Assembly (NCBI GenBank): GCA_900317375.1
Contig: ONGJ01000002.1
Span: 78,841 to 142,840 of the forward strand
Reading direction: 5' to 3'
Length of the DNA stretch: 64,000 nt
Origin: an uncultured Eubacteriales bacterium
GTDB taxonomy: Bacteria > Bacillota > Clostridia > Oscillospirales > Oscillospiraceae
Shown in pieces: positions 25,451 through 35,385 of the stretch. Made by a program: the position numbers and the translations under genes. Positions within the stretch are counted from its first letter, which is position 1. Each line of letters starts with the position of its first letter. The notes under the pieces were generated by a model. The model was not told where the DNA came from. It did no database searches and saw only the letters and a program-made list of their open reading frames with translations.

Positions 25451-26470
25451 TTAGTTTGCTGCAAAGTCAACCGTGATCCGTACCGGTGCATAAGGCATCA
25501 CGAAGGTGTTGTTCGTCACCGGGATGAATTCGCCGTTATCGGTTCTCACAACGCTGACGGCGCTGACATGGAATCCGGTTGCCGGTTTCGGAACGATCGT
25601 CACAGTCTGGCCGGAAGTGGCGCTCTGAACCTGAACACCGTTGACCGTCAGGATGAAGGTTCCATGGCCGGAGCTGTTGACCTTCAGATCGCTCTGGATG
25701 GGAGCAGGTGCCGGTGTAGGAGACGGGGTGGGGGTGGGCGTCGGTGCCACGCCGGCAACCGGCAGGTAGAAGTACTGTCCGACCCGAATGACATTCAGGT
25801 TTGTCGTGCTGTTCAAAGCTTTCAGCTGCTCGACATTTTTGCCGTAATCGACACCGTAGCTCGCACAGATGCCCGCAACGGTCTCGCCGCCAACGACCTT
25901 GTGACCGACAATTGCTGTGAAGCTTGTGCCGGTAGGAACAGTCAGGCTGGGGATGACGATGACCTTACCGACCGGAATTTTGTTCCAGCTGGTGATCCCG
26001 GAAAGAGCCTTGATCGTCGCTGCATTGGAATCAAAATCGATACCGAGCTTCGCGCAGACCCCGGCAACCGTTTCGCCGGCCAGCAGTTTGTGGTTAATCA
26101 GATAGCTCACGACGATGTCGCCGGTCTTGGCACCGGCAACAGTGCCGACCGCAGACACGCCCATCGGGGTAAAGCTGGCGATGTTCGTGACCCCGGTGGC
26201 GGCAGCAGTCGTCGTCTTGGTCCCGTTGCCGGGAAGCGTCAGTACCTGCCCTACTCTGAGAGCCTTGTAATTGGTTATATTATTTGTTTGTTTGATCCAC
26301 GCTTCGTTTTTTGCAAAATCAATGCCGAGCCTCTGGCAGATGCCGAAGACCGTGTCTCCGGATCTCACCGTATAGGTGATATTATCGGCAAAGGCAGTAA
26401 TGCCGACGCAGCCCAGCAGCATCGCAGCTACACAGACGCTGAGCAGAACACGCACAAAACTCTTCTTCAT
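25451..26470 (-). CDS. secreted protein with three LysM peptidoglycan-binding repeats
   Basis: 339 aa with a signal peptide. Three repeats of the Y/H-x-V-xxGDT/ET-VxGIC...G pattern (YTVRSGDTVFGIC, HKLLAGETVAGVC, HKVVGGETVAGIC), a PT-rich linker and a C-terminal beta-rich domain. Confidence 0.88.
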   Translation of the reverse strand: MKKSFVRVLLSVCVAAMLLGCVGITAFADNITYTVRSGDTVFGICQRLGIDFAKNEAWIKQTNNITNYKALRVGQVLTLPGNGTKTTTAAATGVTNIASFTPMGVSAVGTVAGAKTGDIVVSYLINHKLLAGETVAGVCAKLGIDFDSNAATIKALSGITSWNKIPVGKVIVIPSLTVPTGTSFTAIVGHKVVGGETVAGICASYGVDYGKNVEQLKALNSTTNLNVIRVGQYFYLPVAGVAPTPTPTPSPTPAPAPIQSDLKVNSSGHGTFILTVNGVQVQSATSGQTVTIVPKPATGFHVSAVSVVRTDNGEFIPVTNNTFVMPYAPVRITVDFAAN

Positions 26471-26684
26471 TTCACTGACCTCCAGGAACAGAAGTGTCGA
26501 AGACGGATGTCTCCTGTTTGAGTAGTTACAATTTTATTACAAAAGAAAACAAATTGCAAGTATAAATTTACAAAATTAAGAAATTTTTTCAAATTCTTTT
26601 TTCATATCCCCGGGAGCTGCGATTTTCCCTTCTTCTTTCATTATTATAACACATGTTTTCAATTTGGAAACATTAAGAATTCTT

Positions 26685-26718
26685 AAAAATTGTCCACCCC
26701 TTTTTGAAGAGGTGGACA
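26685..26718 (-). terminator. putative metG terminator
   Basis: GTCCACC...GGTGGAC hairpin followed on the minus strand by AATTTTTAAG. Confidence 0.4.
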
Positions 26719-26730
26719 TCTGTCTCGTTT

Positions 26731-28668
26731 TCAGCAGAGGCGGGAGCCGACGGGGACGGCGTCGTCGAGGATCATGAGGTGGAGTTCTTCCTTTCCGTCC
26801 ACAGTGCGGACGGCGGAGAGGAGCATGCCGTTGGAATCCAGGCCCATCATCTTGCGCGTGGGGAGGTTCAGGATGGCGGCGACCTTCTTGCCGACGAGCT
26901 GTTCGGGCTCGTAGAAGGCGTGAATGCCGGAGAGGATCTGGCGGGGGGTGCCGGAGCCGTCGTCGAGGCTGAACTTCAGCAGCTTCTGCGATTTCTTGAC
27001 GGCCTCGCAGGAGAGGACCTTGACGACGCGCATGTCGCAGCGGGCGAAGTCGTCGATGCTGACGTCCGGGAGGACCGGGTCGACGGCAGGCGCGGGGCGG
27101 TTCATGGCCTCGAGCTCCTCGAGCATCTTCTGCGCGTCGATGCGCGGGAAGAGGGTTTCGCCCCGGGTGACGGTCACGTCGGCGGGGAGGCTGCCGTAGA
27201 CGGAGGCCGACTCCCAGCTCCGGGCGCTCTCGTCCGCCCCGATCTGGGCGAAGGCCTTGGCGCAGCTGTCGGGGATGAAGGGCGTGAGGAGGATGAGGGA
27301 GACGCGCAGGGCCTCCAGCAGGTTGTAGAGGACGGTCGCGAGGCGGGGTCTGTTCGCCTCGTCCTTTGCCAGGACCCAGGGCATGGTCTCGTCAATATAC
27401 TTATTCGCGCGGGAGATGAGGCGGAAGACCTCCTCGAGGCCGAGGTGGAGCTGGAAGGCGTCCATCTGGGCGGCGTAGCGGGCGGGGGTTACGCGCAGGA
27501 GGGCGAGGAGGGAGTCATCCAGCGGGTCGGCGGCGCGCTCGGTGGGCAGGGTCCCGTCAAAGTACTTCCCCACCATGGCGACGGTGCGGGAGACCAGGTT
27601 TCCGAGGGAGTTGGCAAGGTCGGCATTAATGGTGTTAATCAGCAGCTCGTTGGTGAAGTTGCCGTCGGTGCCGAAGGGGAAGGTGCGCAGCAGGAAGAAG
27701 CGCAGGGCGTCCACGCCGAACTTCTCGGCCAGGAGGTAGGGGTCGACCACGTTGCCCTTGGACTTGGACATCTTGCCGCCGTCGATGATGAGCCAGCCGT
27801 GGCCGTAGACCTTGGCGGGGACCGGCTCGCCCACGCTCATGAGCATGGCGGGCCAGATGATGGAGTGGAAGCGGACGATCTCCTTGCCGACGATGTTGAC
27901 GGGGGGCCAGTATTTGTCGAAATCATGATAGCGGTCGTTCATATAGCCCATGGCTGTGGCGTAGTTGAAGAGGGCGTCCACCCAGACGTAGACCACGTGG
28001 CCCGGGTCGAAGGTGACGGGGATGCCCCAGGAGAAGCTGGTGCGGGAGACGCAGAGGTCCTCGAGGCCGGGTTTGATGAAGTTGTTGATCATCTCGTTGA
28101 CGCGGGAGGCGGGCTCGAGGAAGGTGCCGGTTTCCAGCAGCTCCTGCACGGGTTTGGCGTACTTGGAGAGGCGGAAGAAGTAGGCCTCCTCCTCGGCGTC
28201 GTGGACGGGGCGGCCGCAGTCGGGACACTTGCCGTCGACGAGCTGGGACTCGGTCCAGAAGCTTTCGCAGGGGGTGCAGTACTTGCCCTTGTAGGCGCCC
28301 TTGTAGATATCGCCGTTGTCGTACATTTTCTTGAAGATGCGCTGGATGGCGGCGACGTGGTAGTCGTCGGTTGTGCGGATGAAGCGGTCGTTGGAGATGT
28401 TCATGAGCTTCCACAGGTCGAGGATGCCGCCGGGGCCGGCGACGATGCGGTCGACGAACTGCTGGGGGGTGACGCCGGCGGCCTTGGCCTTTTCCTCGAT
28501 CTTCTGGCCGTGCTCGTCGGTGCCGGTGAGGAACATGACGTCATAGCCGGTGAGGCGCTTGTAGCGGGCGATGGTGTCGGCAGCGACGGTGCAGTAGGTG
28601 TGGCCGATGTGGAGCTTGTCGGAGGGGTAGTAGATGGGGGTGGTGATGTAGAAGGTGGGTTTGGACAT
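26731..28668 (-). CDS. metG: methionine--tRNA ligase with a C-terminal tRNA-binding (Trbp111-like) domain
   Basis: 645 aa. HIGH motif (KLHIGH), KMSKS present, a CPDC zinc knuckle, and a C-terminal OB domain (VVKVLSCEAVKKSQKLLKFSLD). Confidence 0.96.
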   Translation of the reverse strand: MSKPTFYITTPIYYPSDKLHIGHTYCTVAADTIARYKRLTGYDVMFLTGTDEHGQKIEEKAKAAGVTPQQFVDRIVAGPGGILDLWKLMNISNDRFIRTTDDYHVAAIQRIFKKMYDNGDIYKGAYKGKYCTPCESFWTESQLVDGKCPDCGRPVHDAEEEAYFFRLSKYAKPVQELLETGTFLEPASRVNEMINNFIKPGLEDLCVSRTSFSWGIPVTFDPGHVVYVWVDALFNYATAMGYMNDRYHDFDKYWPPVNIVGKEIVRFHSIIWPAMLMSVGEPVPAKVYGHGWLIIDGGKMSKSKGNVVDPYLLAEKFGVDALRFFLLRTFPFGTDGNFTNELLINTINADLANSLGNLVSRTVAMVGKYFDGTLPTERAADPLDDSLLALLRVTPARYAAQMDAFQLHLGLEEVFRLISRANKYIDETMPWVLAKDEANRPRLATVLYNLLEALRVSLILLTPFIPDSCAKAFAQIGADESARSWESASVYGSLPADVTVTRGETLFPRIDAQKMLEELEAMNRPAPAVDPVLPDVSIDDFARCDMRVVKVLSCEAVKKSQKLLKFSLDDGSGTPRQILSGIHAFYEPEQLVGKKVAAILNLPTRKMMGLDSNGMLLSAVRTVDGKEELHLMILDDAVPVGSRLC

Positions 28669-28717
28669 ATTGTTACTCCTTTCAGAGTTGAAAGTTCAAA
28701 GGGCGGAGAGGCGGGGC

Positions 28718-30319
28718 TCAGGCGGCGGGGTAGAAGGTGAGGATCTGGGTGGACTGGGAGTCGCGGAGGAGCTTCTCGGGCGGCCACTGGATGTCCTGGT
28801 CGTGGAGGTGGTAGAGGCCCGTGGGCTCCTGGATCTTGTTGATGATATTGTCATTGGCATCCACGATCTGGCGGATGACGGTGACGCTGTAGCCGATGAG
28901 GACCGTGGGGTACTCCTCGTCATAGACCTCGGTGGAGGTGGTGTAGGGGCTGACGTGGGTGCCGTCGGTGTTCGTGCCCCAGAACTCGATGGTCACGCTG
29001 TCGTCCTCCTCGCCGCAGAAGGCGACGATCTTCACGGGGTAGTCCCGGTCGTTGCGGAAGCGGTAGTCCGGCTGCTTCCAGCTGACGGTGGCGTCGTAGC
29101 CCATGGACAGGTAGCCCACCGCGAAGTAGTGGCTGGTGCGGGAGACCGTGGTCATCTGGGCATACATGGCGGCGCAGTAGAGCGTGGAGGAGACCTGGCA
29201 GATGCCGCCCCCGATCTCTTCCACCATCTCGCCGTCGGCATAGGCCCCCGCCAGCAGGAAGCCGGCCTCCTCGGTGCGCTGGCCGATAGCCTCGTTGTAG
29301 GAGAAAACCTGTCCCGGGAGAAGGGTGATGCCGTCCAGCTTCGAGGCGGCCAGACGGATGTTGTTTTTGCGGTTGTCGGTGCTGTCCCGGTAATAGGTGG
29401 TCATGAAGCAGAGGCGGTCCCGGTACAGAAGGCTTTCGAGGTCGGCGGCAGTGACGGCGGGGCGCGTCAGGCGCAGGGGGATGACCACCTCGGTGCCGGG
29501 CAGGGCCTCGCGCCAGGCCTTCTCGGCCTCCGCGATGTCGAAGTCGCAGCCCACGACCTCGGGGATGACGGAGAAGTCCTCCGCGAAGGCGGCGTCCCGG
29601 GCTTCGACGCAGAGGTCGGCGGCGACCCTGTTAAAGTCGGGCAGACGCACGTCCCCGTCCATCTCGGTCCAGCTGACCTCTTCGGCATCGCCGCGCAGGG
29701 CGTCGGAGACGAAGGCGAAGATCCTGTCCCCGTTCAGAGAGAGCGCGCCGCCGCCTTTGGTCATGGTGAGGCGGGCGCTGTCGGTGTCGAGATGCAGGTC
29801 GGGATCTCCCGTCAGGGCGTCGAAGCGCTCGGTCACGGAGCGGAGGTTGGCACGGATATAATTCTCATTCAGACCGCCGGTGCGCAGGACCACGTCGTAG
29901 CCGGAGGAGAAGGTGGCCCGCAGGTACTTCGAGAGGTTCTCGAACCAGTCGGTGCCGTGGCCCAGTTTCATGAGCTCGCGGGCGGCATCCTCGGCGGGGA
30001 CGGCGGCGTTTGCGTCCAGGCGGCTGAGGGTCATGCTGAGGCCCAGGGGGAAATGCACGGTCAGGGGCAGTTCGGTTCGGCGGTCCCAGCCCGCGTCCCG
30101 GAGAGCCCGGGTCATCTCTTCCTCGGTCATAGAGCCCAGAAGGATGCCGTCCAGGCGAAGCTTGGGCAGGCTGAGGCCGTTGTTGGTGACGGTCCATCCT
30201 GCCCAGGCGGCGCCGCCCAGAATCAGGCCCAGGAAGATGGCCGCGGTCACAAGCCCCAATGCCAGGCTGCGGCCGAAGCGGGAGGGGCCTTTACGTCTGT
30301 GTTCGGACATGGCAATCAA
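28718..30319 (-). CDS. VanW family protein (membrane-anchored)
   Basis: 533 aa. N-terminal TM and a VanW core with GGGICQVSSTLY. Confidence 0.85.
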   Translation of the reverse strand: MIAMSEHRRKGPSRFGRSLALGLVTAAIFLGLILGGAAWAGWTVTNNGLSLPKLRLDGILLGSMTEEEMTRALRDAGWDRRTELPLTVHFPLGLSMTLSRLDANAAVPAEDAARELMKLGHGTDWFENLSKYLRATFSSGYDVVLRTGGLNENYIRANLRSVTERFDALTGDPDLHLDTDSARLTMTKGGGALSLNGDRIFAFVSDALRGDAEEVSWTEMDGDVRLPDFNRVAADLCVEARDAAFAEDFSVIPEVVGCDFDIAEAEKAWREALPGTEVVIPLRLTRPAVTAADLESLLYRDRLCFMTTYYRDSTDNRKNNIRLAASKLDGITLLPGQVFSYNEAIGQRTEEAGFLLAGAYADGEMVEEIGGGICQVSSTLYCAAMYAQMTTVSRTSHYFAVGYLSMGYDATVSWKQPDYRFRNDRDYPVKIVAFCGEEDDSVTIEFWGTNTDGTHVSPYTTSTEVYDEEYPTVLIGYSVTVIRQIVDANDNIINKIQEPTGLYHLHDQDIQWPPEKLLRDSQSTQILTFYPAA

Positions 30320-31581
30320 TACCGCCCTGCTTTGGCGGCCATCTCGGAGAAGAGTTCAGTCTCGCCCTTGGGAAGCTTCAGCTCCTCCGGGGGGCGGTCC
30401 GGCCGCAGCATCCACGGTGTGTTGTCAAGCCGGGAGGAAGCCTGGGCCTCCAGGAGGATGCCGATGAGGCGGTTGGAGATGAGGTAGCCGGAAACCGTGA
30501 AGTGCCAGCGGCCGTCCTCCTCACGCACGGCCCAGCCCTTCTGCTCGAAAGCCCGGAGCACCCGGAGGATGGGCTGCCAGTCCGACTGGGTGCGGACGCG
30601 GTATTCCCGCTCCTCCACGCCTCGACTGGTTCGCATGGAGAGCATGAGGTATTCCACCGAGCGCTCCAGCGGGTCGATCTCCTCGTATTCGTCTATGATG
30701 CTGACCTTGCGGGCGACACCGTAGGTGTACTGCCGCAGGTCGCGTACAAAGCTGTAGCGCAGGCTGCCGACGCTGGAATGCGCCCCGGGGCCGAAGCCCA
30801 TGTAGTCGTCAAGGCGCCAGTATTTCAGGTTGTGCCGGCTCTCGAAGCCGGGGGCGGCGAAGTTGGAGACCTCGTACTGGCGGTAGCCGTAGCGCTCGAG
30901 CATCTGGGCAGCGTAGGAGTACATATCCGCCTGGGCGTCGTCGTCCGGCAGTACCGGGGAGTTCAAATACTCCTCATACATGGGTGTCCCCTCTTCCAGC
31001 TTCAGCGCGTAGCAGGAGATGTGCTCTGGATGCAGCTCACACACGCGTGCCAGGGTGTCGGCCCAGTCCCGCGCGGTCTGGGTCGGCAGGCCGTACATGA
31101 GGTCCACGCTGATGTTGTCGAAGCCGGCGCGCCGTGCGTCGTGGTATGCCGCCTGGGCCTGCGCCCAGCTGTGGCGGCGCGAGAGCAGCTTCAGCAGGCT
31201 GTCGTCCGCCGCCTGTATGCCCACGGACAGCCGGTTCACTCCCTCCTCGCGCAGGGCCAGGAGTTCCTTGTAGTCCATGCTGTCCGGGTTGCACTCCACC
31301 GTCACCTCGGCGTCCGTGCGGACGTTGCCGTTGAGCTTCAGGATGTCGAACAGCTCCAGCAGGCGCTCGGCCCCGTAGTAGCTGGGCGTCCCGCCGCCGA
31401 AATAGACGCTGTCCACCTCGTAGTTGCGAATGCCGGGCGAAGCCTCAAGGATGTGGTCGATCAGCGCCTTGTGGTAGACGGGCATCTGTTTGTCGCAGCC
31501 CGCCAGGGAATAGAAGTCGCAGTAGCCGCACTTCGAAGCGCAGAAAGGGATATGGATGTACACACCCAGCCTGGGTTTCAT
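30316..31581 (-). CDS. hemW: radical SAM family heme chaperone HemW
   Basis: 421 aa. YIHIPFCASKCGYCDF (CxxxCxxC), a HemN-like core and a HemN_C tail. Confidence 0.9.
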   Translation of the reverse strand: MKPRLGVYIHIPFCASKCGYCDFYSLAGCDKQMPVYHKALIDHILEASPGIRNYEVDSVYFGGGTPSYYGAERLLELFDILKLNGNVRTDAEVTVECNPDSMDYKELLALREEGVNRLSVGIQAADDSLLKLLSRRHSWAQAQAAYHDARRAGFDNISVDLMYGLPTQTARDWADTLARVCELHPEHISCYALKLEEGTPMYEEYLNSPVLPDDDAQADMYSYAAQMLERYGYRQYEVSNFAAPGFESRHNLKYWRLDDYMGFGPGAHSSVGSLRYSFVRDLRQYTYGVARKVSIIDEYEEIDPLERSVEYLMLSMRTSRGVEEREYRVRTQSDWQPILRVLRAFEQKGWAVREEDGRWHFTVSGYLISNRLIGILLEAQASSRLDNTPWMLRPDRPPEELKLPKGETELFSEMAAKAGRY

Positions 31582-31602
31582 GCAGTCATTCTCCCGTCTC
31601 TC

Positions 31603-33519
31603 TTAAAACAGTTCTGTCACCGCATCCGTGAAGGCGGCAGGGTCCTCCACCTCGACACCGGCGGAAAGCTCAGCCAGGGCATAGAGTACCTGTGCAAGAT
31701 GCGCGGCCTTGTCCCGATTATCGGTGAATGCCGACTGCAGCGCGGAAAAGGCAGGATGCTCCGGATTCAGTTCGAGTACGCGCGTGGCGCGGACCGTGCG
31801 CATCTCCTCGCTGGGCCCATAGCGGAAATAGCGTTCCATCTCCAGCGTGACACCGCCCTCGGTCGTCAGGGCGCAGGGACGGGAAGCCAGCTTGTTCGAA
31901 AGCTTCACTTTGGAAAGGCCTTCGCCGACAGACTCCTTCACGAAGTCCAGCAGTTCGCGGTTCTCGATGTCCCGCTCCTCCGCCGCCTTCTTCTCCTCGT
32001 CCGTGTCAAAGCCCAGGTCATCCGTTACCACATTGCAGAAGCGCTTGCCATCCTGGTCCCCCAGGGCAGACAGCACCATCTCGTCCAGCGGGCTCGTCAG
32101 ATAAATGAGGGAGAAGCCGCGCTTGCGGACCTCCTCGCACTGCGGCAGACTGATGGCACGCTTGAGCGTGTCAGCGCTGGCATAGTAGATGGCCTTCTGG
32201 CTTTCGGGCATTGCGTCGACATACTCCTTGAGAGTGACCTGGCTGTCTTCCCCGGTCCAGAAAATCAGCAGATCCTTCAAAAAGTCCTTCCAGCGGCCGT
32301 ACTCGTCACAGATGCCGCACTTGATGTCCACGCCGAAATTCTTGAAGAACTCCTGATACTTTGGCCGGTCGTCCCGCAGCAGCTTTTCCAGTTCGCTCTT
32401 GATACGCTTTTCCAGGTTCTGACCGATGATGCGCAGCTGACGGTCATGCTGAAGCAGCTCACGCGAGATATTCAGCGACAGGTCGGGTGAATCCACCACG
32501 CCTTTGACAAAGCCGAAGTACTCGTGCACCAGCTTGTCACATTTCTCCATGATCATAACGCCGTTGGAATAGAGCGTAATCGCACCCTTGTTGTCGCCGG
32601 TGAAAACATTCTCGTTCTGCTCACCGGGGACGAAGAGCATGGCCTTGTAGCTGACCGCGCCCTCAGCATTCACGCGCACCAGCGCGACAGGGTCCTTGCG
32701 GTCGCGGTTCTTTTCCTTGTACCAGGCGATGCAGTCCTCATCCGTCACCTCGCTCTTGCTGCGCTGCCAGATGGGGATCATGCTGTTGACGGTTTCGTTT
32801 TCCGTGACCATGCGGTACTCATACTTCGGCGAACCATCGTCGTTCTTCTCGCCGGTCTCAAAGCGCTCCTGGTGCTCGATGTCCATGCGGATGGGCCAGC
32901 GGACGTAATCGGAATATTTTTTCACCAGGGCCTTGATCTTCCAAACCTCCAGGTAGGAGCCGTAGATCTCGTCCTCGGTGTCTTCCTTGATGTGCATGAT
33001 CACATCCGTGCCGACGCTTTCCTTCTCGCAGGCCGTAACCGTGTAGCCGTCCGCCCCCTTGCTGTTCCAGCGGACGCCTTCGCTCTCGCCGAACTTTCTG
33101 GAGATGACGGTCACCTCGTCCGAGACCATGAAGGCCGAGTAAAAGCCGACGCCGAACTGACCGATGATCGAAAGATCTTCACTCTCGGCCTTCTCGCCGT
33201 CCATCTCGCCCTTGAACTGATAAGACCCGCTTTTGGCTATAACGCCGAGGTTCTGCTCAGCCTCCGCCATGCTCATGCCGATGCCGTTGTCGCGAACCGT
33301 AATCGTGCGGGCATTTTTGTCCAGCAGGATATCAATGGCGAAATCACTGCGGCTGAGGCCGACGCTGTCATCCGTCAGGGACAGATAACAGAGCTTGTCG
33401 ATCGCATCCGACGCGTTCGAGATGATCTCGCGCAGAAAGATTTCCTTATTGGTGTAGATCGAGTTGATCATCAGGTCCAGCAGGCGCTTGGATTCCGCCT
33501 TAAACTGTTTTTTTGCCAT
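31603..33519 (-). CDS. htpG: molecular chaperone HtpG (Hsp90)
   Basis: ORF 31603..33603 trimmed to MAKKQFKAESKRLLDLMINSIYTNKEIFLREIISNASDA, the GHKL ATPase N-terminus. GQFGVGFYSAF also present. Confidence 0.93.
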   Translation of the reverse strand: MAKKQFKAESKRLLDLMINSIYTNKEIFLREIISNASDAIDKLCYLSLTDDSVGLSRSDFAIDILLDKNARTITVRDNGIGMSMAEAEQNLGVIAKSGSYQFKGEMDGEKAESEDLSIIGQFGVGFYSAFMVSDEVTVISRKFGESEGVRWNSKGADGYTVTACEKESVGTDVIMHIKEDTEDEIYGSYLEVWKIKALVKKYSDYVRWPIRMDIEHQERFETGEKNDDGSPKYEYRMVTENETVNSMIPIWQRSKSEVTDEDCIAWYKEKNRDRKDPVALVRVNAEGAVSYKAMLFVPGEQNENVFTGDNKGAITLYSNGVMIMEKCDKLVHEYFGFVKGVVDSPDLSLNISRELLQHDRQLRIIGQNLEKRIKSELEKLLRDDRPKYQEFFKNFGVDIKCGICDEYGRWKDFLKDLLIFWTGEDSQVTLKEYVDAMPESQKAIYYASADTLKRAISLPQCEEVRKRGFSLIYLTSPLDEMVLSALGDQDGKRFCNVVTDDLGFDTDEEKKAAEERDIENRELLDFVKESVGEGLSKVKLSNKLASRPCALTTEGGVTLEMERYFRYGPSEEMRTVRATRVLELNPEHPAFSALQSAFTDNRDKAAHLAQVLYALAELSAGVEVEDPAAFTDAVTELF

Positions 33520-33698
33520 GAAGTAAATAACGCCTCTTTTCAAAAAATAAAAAACTTTATATATTATAATCGTTTCTCTTCGGAAGTGCAAGGGGTAATC
33601 CACTCTCAGCCGTACCGCAGAAAGTCTTTACAAATTCCGCTCAGGGGCGCTATAATACAGAAAAGCAATATATTTATTATAAATGTGGAGAATCGGCG

Positions 33699-34109
33699 AT
33701 GCGCATCATGGCAATTGATCTCGGCGACGAGAGAACTGGCCTTGCCGTATCCGATCCGCTGGGCATGCTCTGCGGAGAAGCGTGGACGGTAAAGGAATGG
33801 GACAAAGAACGGCTCGCGGAGACGGTCTGTCTCGAGGCCGAACAGAGGGGTGTCGAGCGTCTTGTCCTCGGCCTTCCGAAAAACATGGACGGGTCCGAGG
33901 GCGAACGGGCGAAAAAAAGCCGGGCTTTCCGGGATCTGCTGCTCAGCCGGTCGAGCCTGCCGGTGATTCTCTGGGATGAACGCCGAAGCACCATTGAAGC
34001 GCATCAGATTCTGCACGCCAACGGCAAACGCGAGAAAAAGCATCGGAAAACCGTCGACGCCGTTGCTGCGGGGCTGATTCTCGAAAGCTATCTCGGGTCT
34101 CTCAGCTGA
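33699..34109 (+). CDS. ruvX: Holliday junction resolvase-like RuvX (YqgF)
   Basis: 136 aa. MRIMAIDLGDERTGLAVSD, GLPKNMDGSEG, DERRSTIEA. Confidence 0.9.
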   Translation: MRIMAIDLGDERTGLAVSDPLGMLCGEAWTVKEWDKERLAETVCLEAEQRGVERLVLGLPKNMDGSEGERAKKSRAFRDLLLSRSSLPVILWDERRSTIEAHQILHANGKREKKHRKTVDAVAAGLILESYLGSLS

Positions 34110-34151
34110 GGGTCCCATGATAATCATGATTCACTATTCTGGAGGTGTTCT

Positions 34152-34955
34152 ATGGATAAACTCGATTCTATCACCATCGGCTCAATGGCGCTTTCCACGA
34201 TCCTCAGTGCGCTTCTTACTCTGCTGGTCTGTCTGCTCGGACTAAAGATTCTGATGAGGCTGGTCGATAAAGTGCTGGCAAAGGCCACCAAACTGGACGG
34301 CACGCTGGTCGGCTTTATCCGTTCGGCCATTCGGATTCTGCTCTGGATTCTGATTGTGATCATTGTTGCTGGAAAGCTCGGCATCCCGACCTCATCCATG
34401 GTGGCTATGATCAGCGTTGTCGGTCTTGCCCTCTCCCTTTCCGTGCAGAACATCCTCTCCAATCTCTTCTCCGGTCTTACTCTGCTGGTAGCTCAGCCGT
34501 TCCACGCAGGCGACTATGTCGAGGTGGCCGGAAAAGCCGGCGTGGTCAAAACCGTCGGTCTGTTCTATACCATGATCAGCACGTTGGACAACATCGCCAT
34601 CAGCATCCCCAACAGCGACATCACCGGCTCTACCATCAATAACTACAGTTCGGAACCGCTGCGCCGTGTGGACATGACCTTCAGCGCGTCCTACGATGCC
34701 TCGACGGAGGATGTCAAGGCCGCCATCCGGGATGCCATCGCCCGGGACAGCCGAATTCTGCCCGATCCTGAACCCTTTGTCCGCCTGAGCGCCTATAAGG
34801 ACAGCGTTATCGACTATGTCGTCCGTGTCTGGTGCAAAAGTACCGATTACTGGAATGTGTATTTTGACCTGAACGAGAACGTCCGCGACAGCTTTGCCGA
34901 AAAGGGCGTTGAGATGAGCTATAACCACATGAACGTCCATATGCTGGAAAAGTAA
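34152..34955 (+). CDS. mscS: small-conductance mechanosensitive channel (MscS family)
   Basis: 267 aa. Three TM segments, then the MscS beta domain (PFHAGDYVEVAGKAGVVKTVGLFYT...IPNSDI). Confidence 0.88.
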   Translation: MDKLDSITIGSMALSTILSALLTLLVCLLGLKILMRLVDKVLAKATKLDGTLVGFIRSAIRILLWILIVIIVAGKLGIPTSSMVAMISVVGLALSLSVQNILSNLFSGLTLLVAQPFHAGDYVEVAGKAGVVKTVGLFYTMISTLDNIAISIPNSDITGSTINNYSSEPLRRVDMTFSASYDASTEDVKAAIRDAIARDSRILPDPEPFVRLSAYKDSVIDYVVRVWCKSTDYWNVYFDLNENVRDSFAEKGVEMSYNHMNVHMLEK

Positions 34956-34972
34956 ATAAAAAAAGATTTTTC

Positions 34973-35000
34973 TTGACTTTCTTTTGAAAATCGCTATAAT
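34973..35000 (+). promoter_or_regulatory. putative sigma-A promoter of rpsF-ssb-rpsR
   Basis: TTGACT (34973-78), 16 nt spacer, TATAAT (34995-35000). Confidence 0.55.
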
Positions 35001-35077
35001 GATATGGCCTGTGCATTCAGGCAGATTCCTTGCTCCCGCCTGCTGCGGGGGCCAAAAGACCATAAGGAGGTGCAACC
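35001..35077 (+). promoter_or_regulatory. rpsF 5' leader, possible S6:S18 autoregulatory structure
   Basis: 77-nt leader with GC hairpins (GGCCTGTGC..., CCCGC-CTGCT-GCGGG) just upstream of the AGGAGG RBS. An S6:S18-binding rpsF leader is known in many bacteria, but I could not score the motif here. Confidence 0.25.
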
Positions 35078-35374
35078 ATGGCAAAAGCAAGCGAAAAGTA
35101 CGAAGTGATGTACGTCATCAACCCGAACCTCACCGAGGAAGAGACCGCGGCGGTTGTTGAGAAGTTCAAAGCGCTTGTGGAAGCGAACGGTACGCTGGAT
35201 GAGCTGGAGGAAATGGGAAAGCGCAAGCTGGCTTATGAAATCAACTACATCTCGGAAGGCTATTACGTTCTCATGAAGTTCACAAGCGGCCCGGATTTCC
35301 CTGCCGAGCTTGACCGTATTCTTGGCATTACCGACGGGATTCTTCGCCGCCTCATCACCCTGCGTGCAGAGTAA
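35078..35374 (+). CDS. rpsF: 30S ribosomal protein bS6
   Basis: 98 aa. YEVMYVINPNL...GKRKLAYEI. Confidence 0.95.
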   Translation: MAKASEKYEVMYVINPNLTEEETAAVVEKFKALVEANGTLDELEEMGKRKLAYEINYISEGYYVLMKFTSGPDFPAELDRILGITDGILRRLITLRAE

Positions 35375-35385
35375 GGAGGTCAGCA

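Noticed and set aside
26471-26690. c-di-AMP (ydaO-type) riboswitch in the long 5' region of the LysM gene
   Set aside because: Such riboswitches often precede LysM/cell-wall genes. This leader, however, is AT-rich with only one short GC element (AGCTCCCGGGGA) and lacks the paired ACGGGG/CCCG pseudo-symmetric helices.
26704-32490. Three very long plus-strand ORFs (26704..28740, 28655..30487, 30259..32490; 610-743 aa)
   Set aside because: Each lies exactly antisense to well-supported minus-strand genes (metG, vanW-family, hemW, htpG). Their products are monotonous G/V/A/E/D/L/R strings. Stop-codon depletion on the antisense strand of high-GC genes explains them.
33520-33698. CIRCE (HrcA) operator upstream of htpG
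   Set aside because: Only a weak AGTG-N12-CACT inverted repeat is present. There is nothing resembling TTAGCACTC-N9-GAGTGCTAA.
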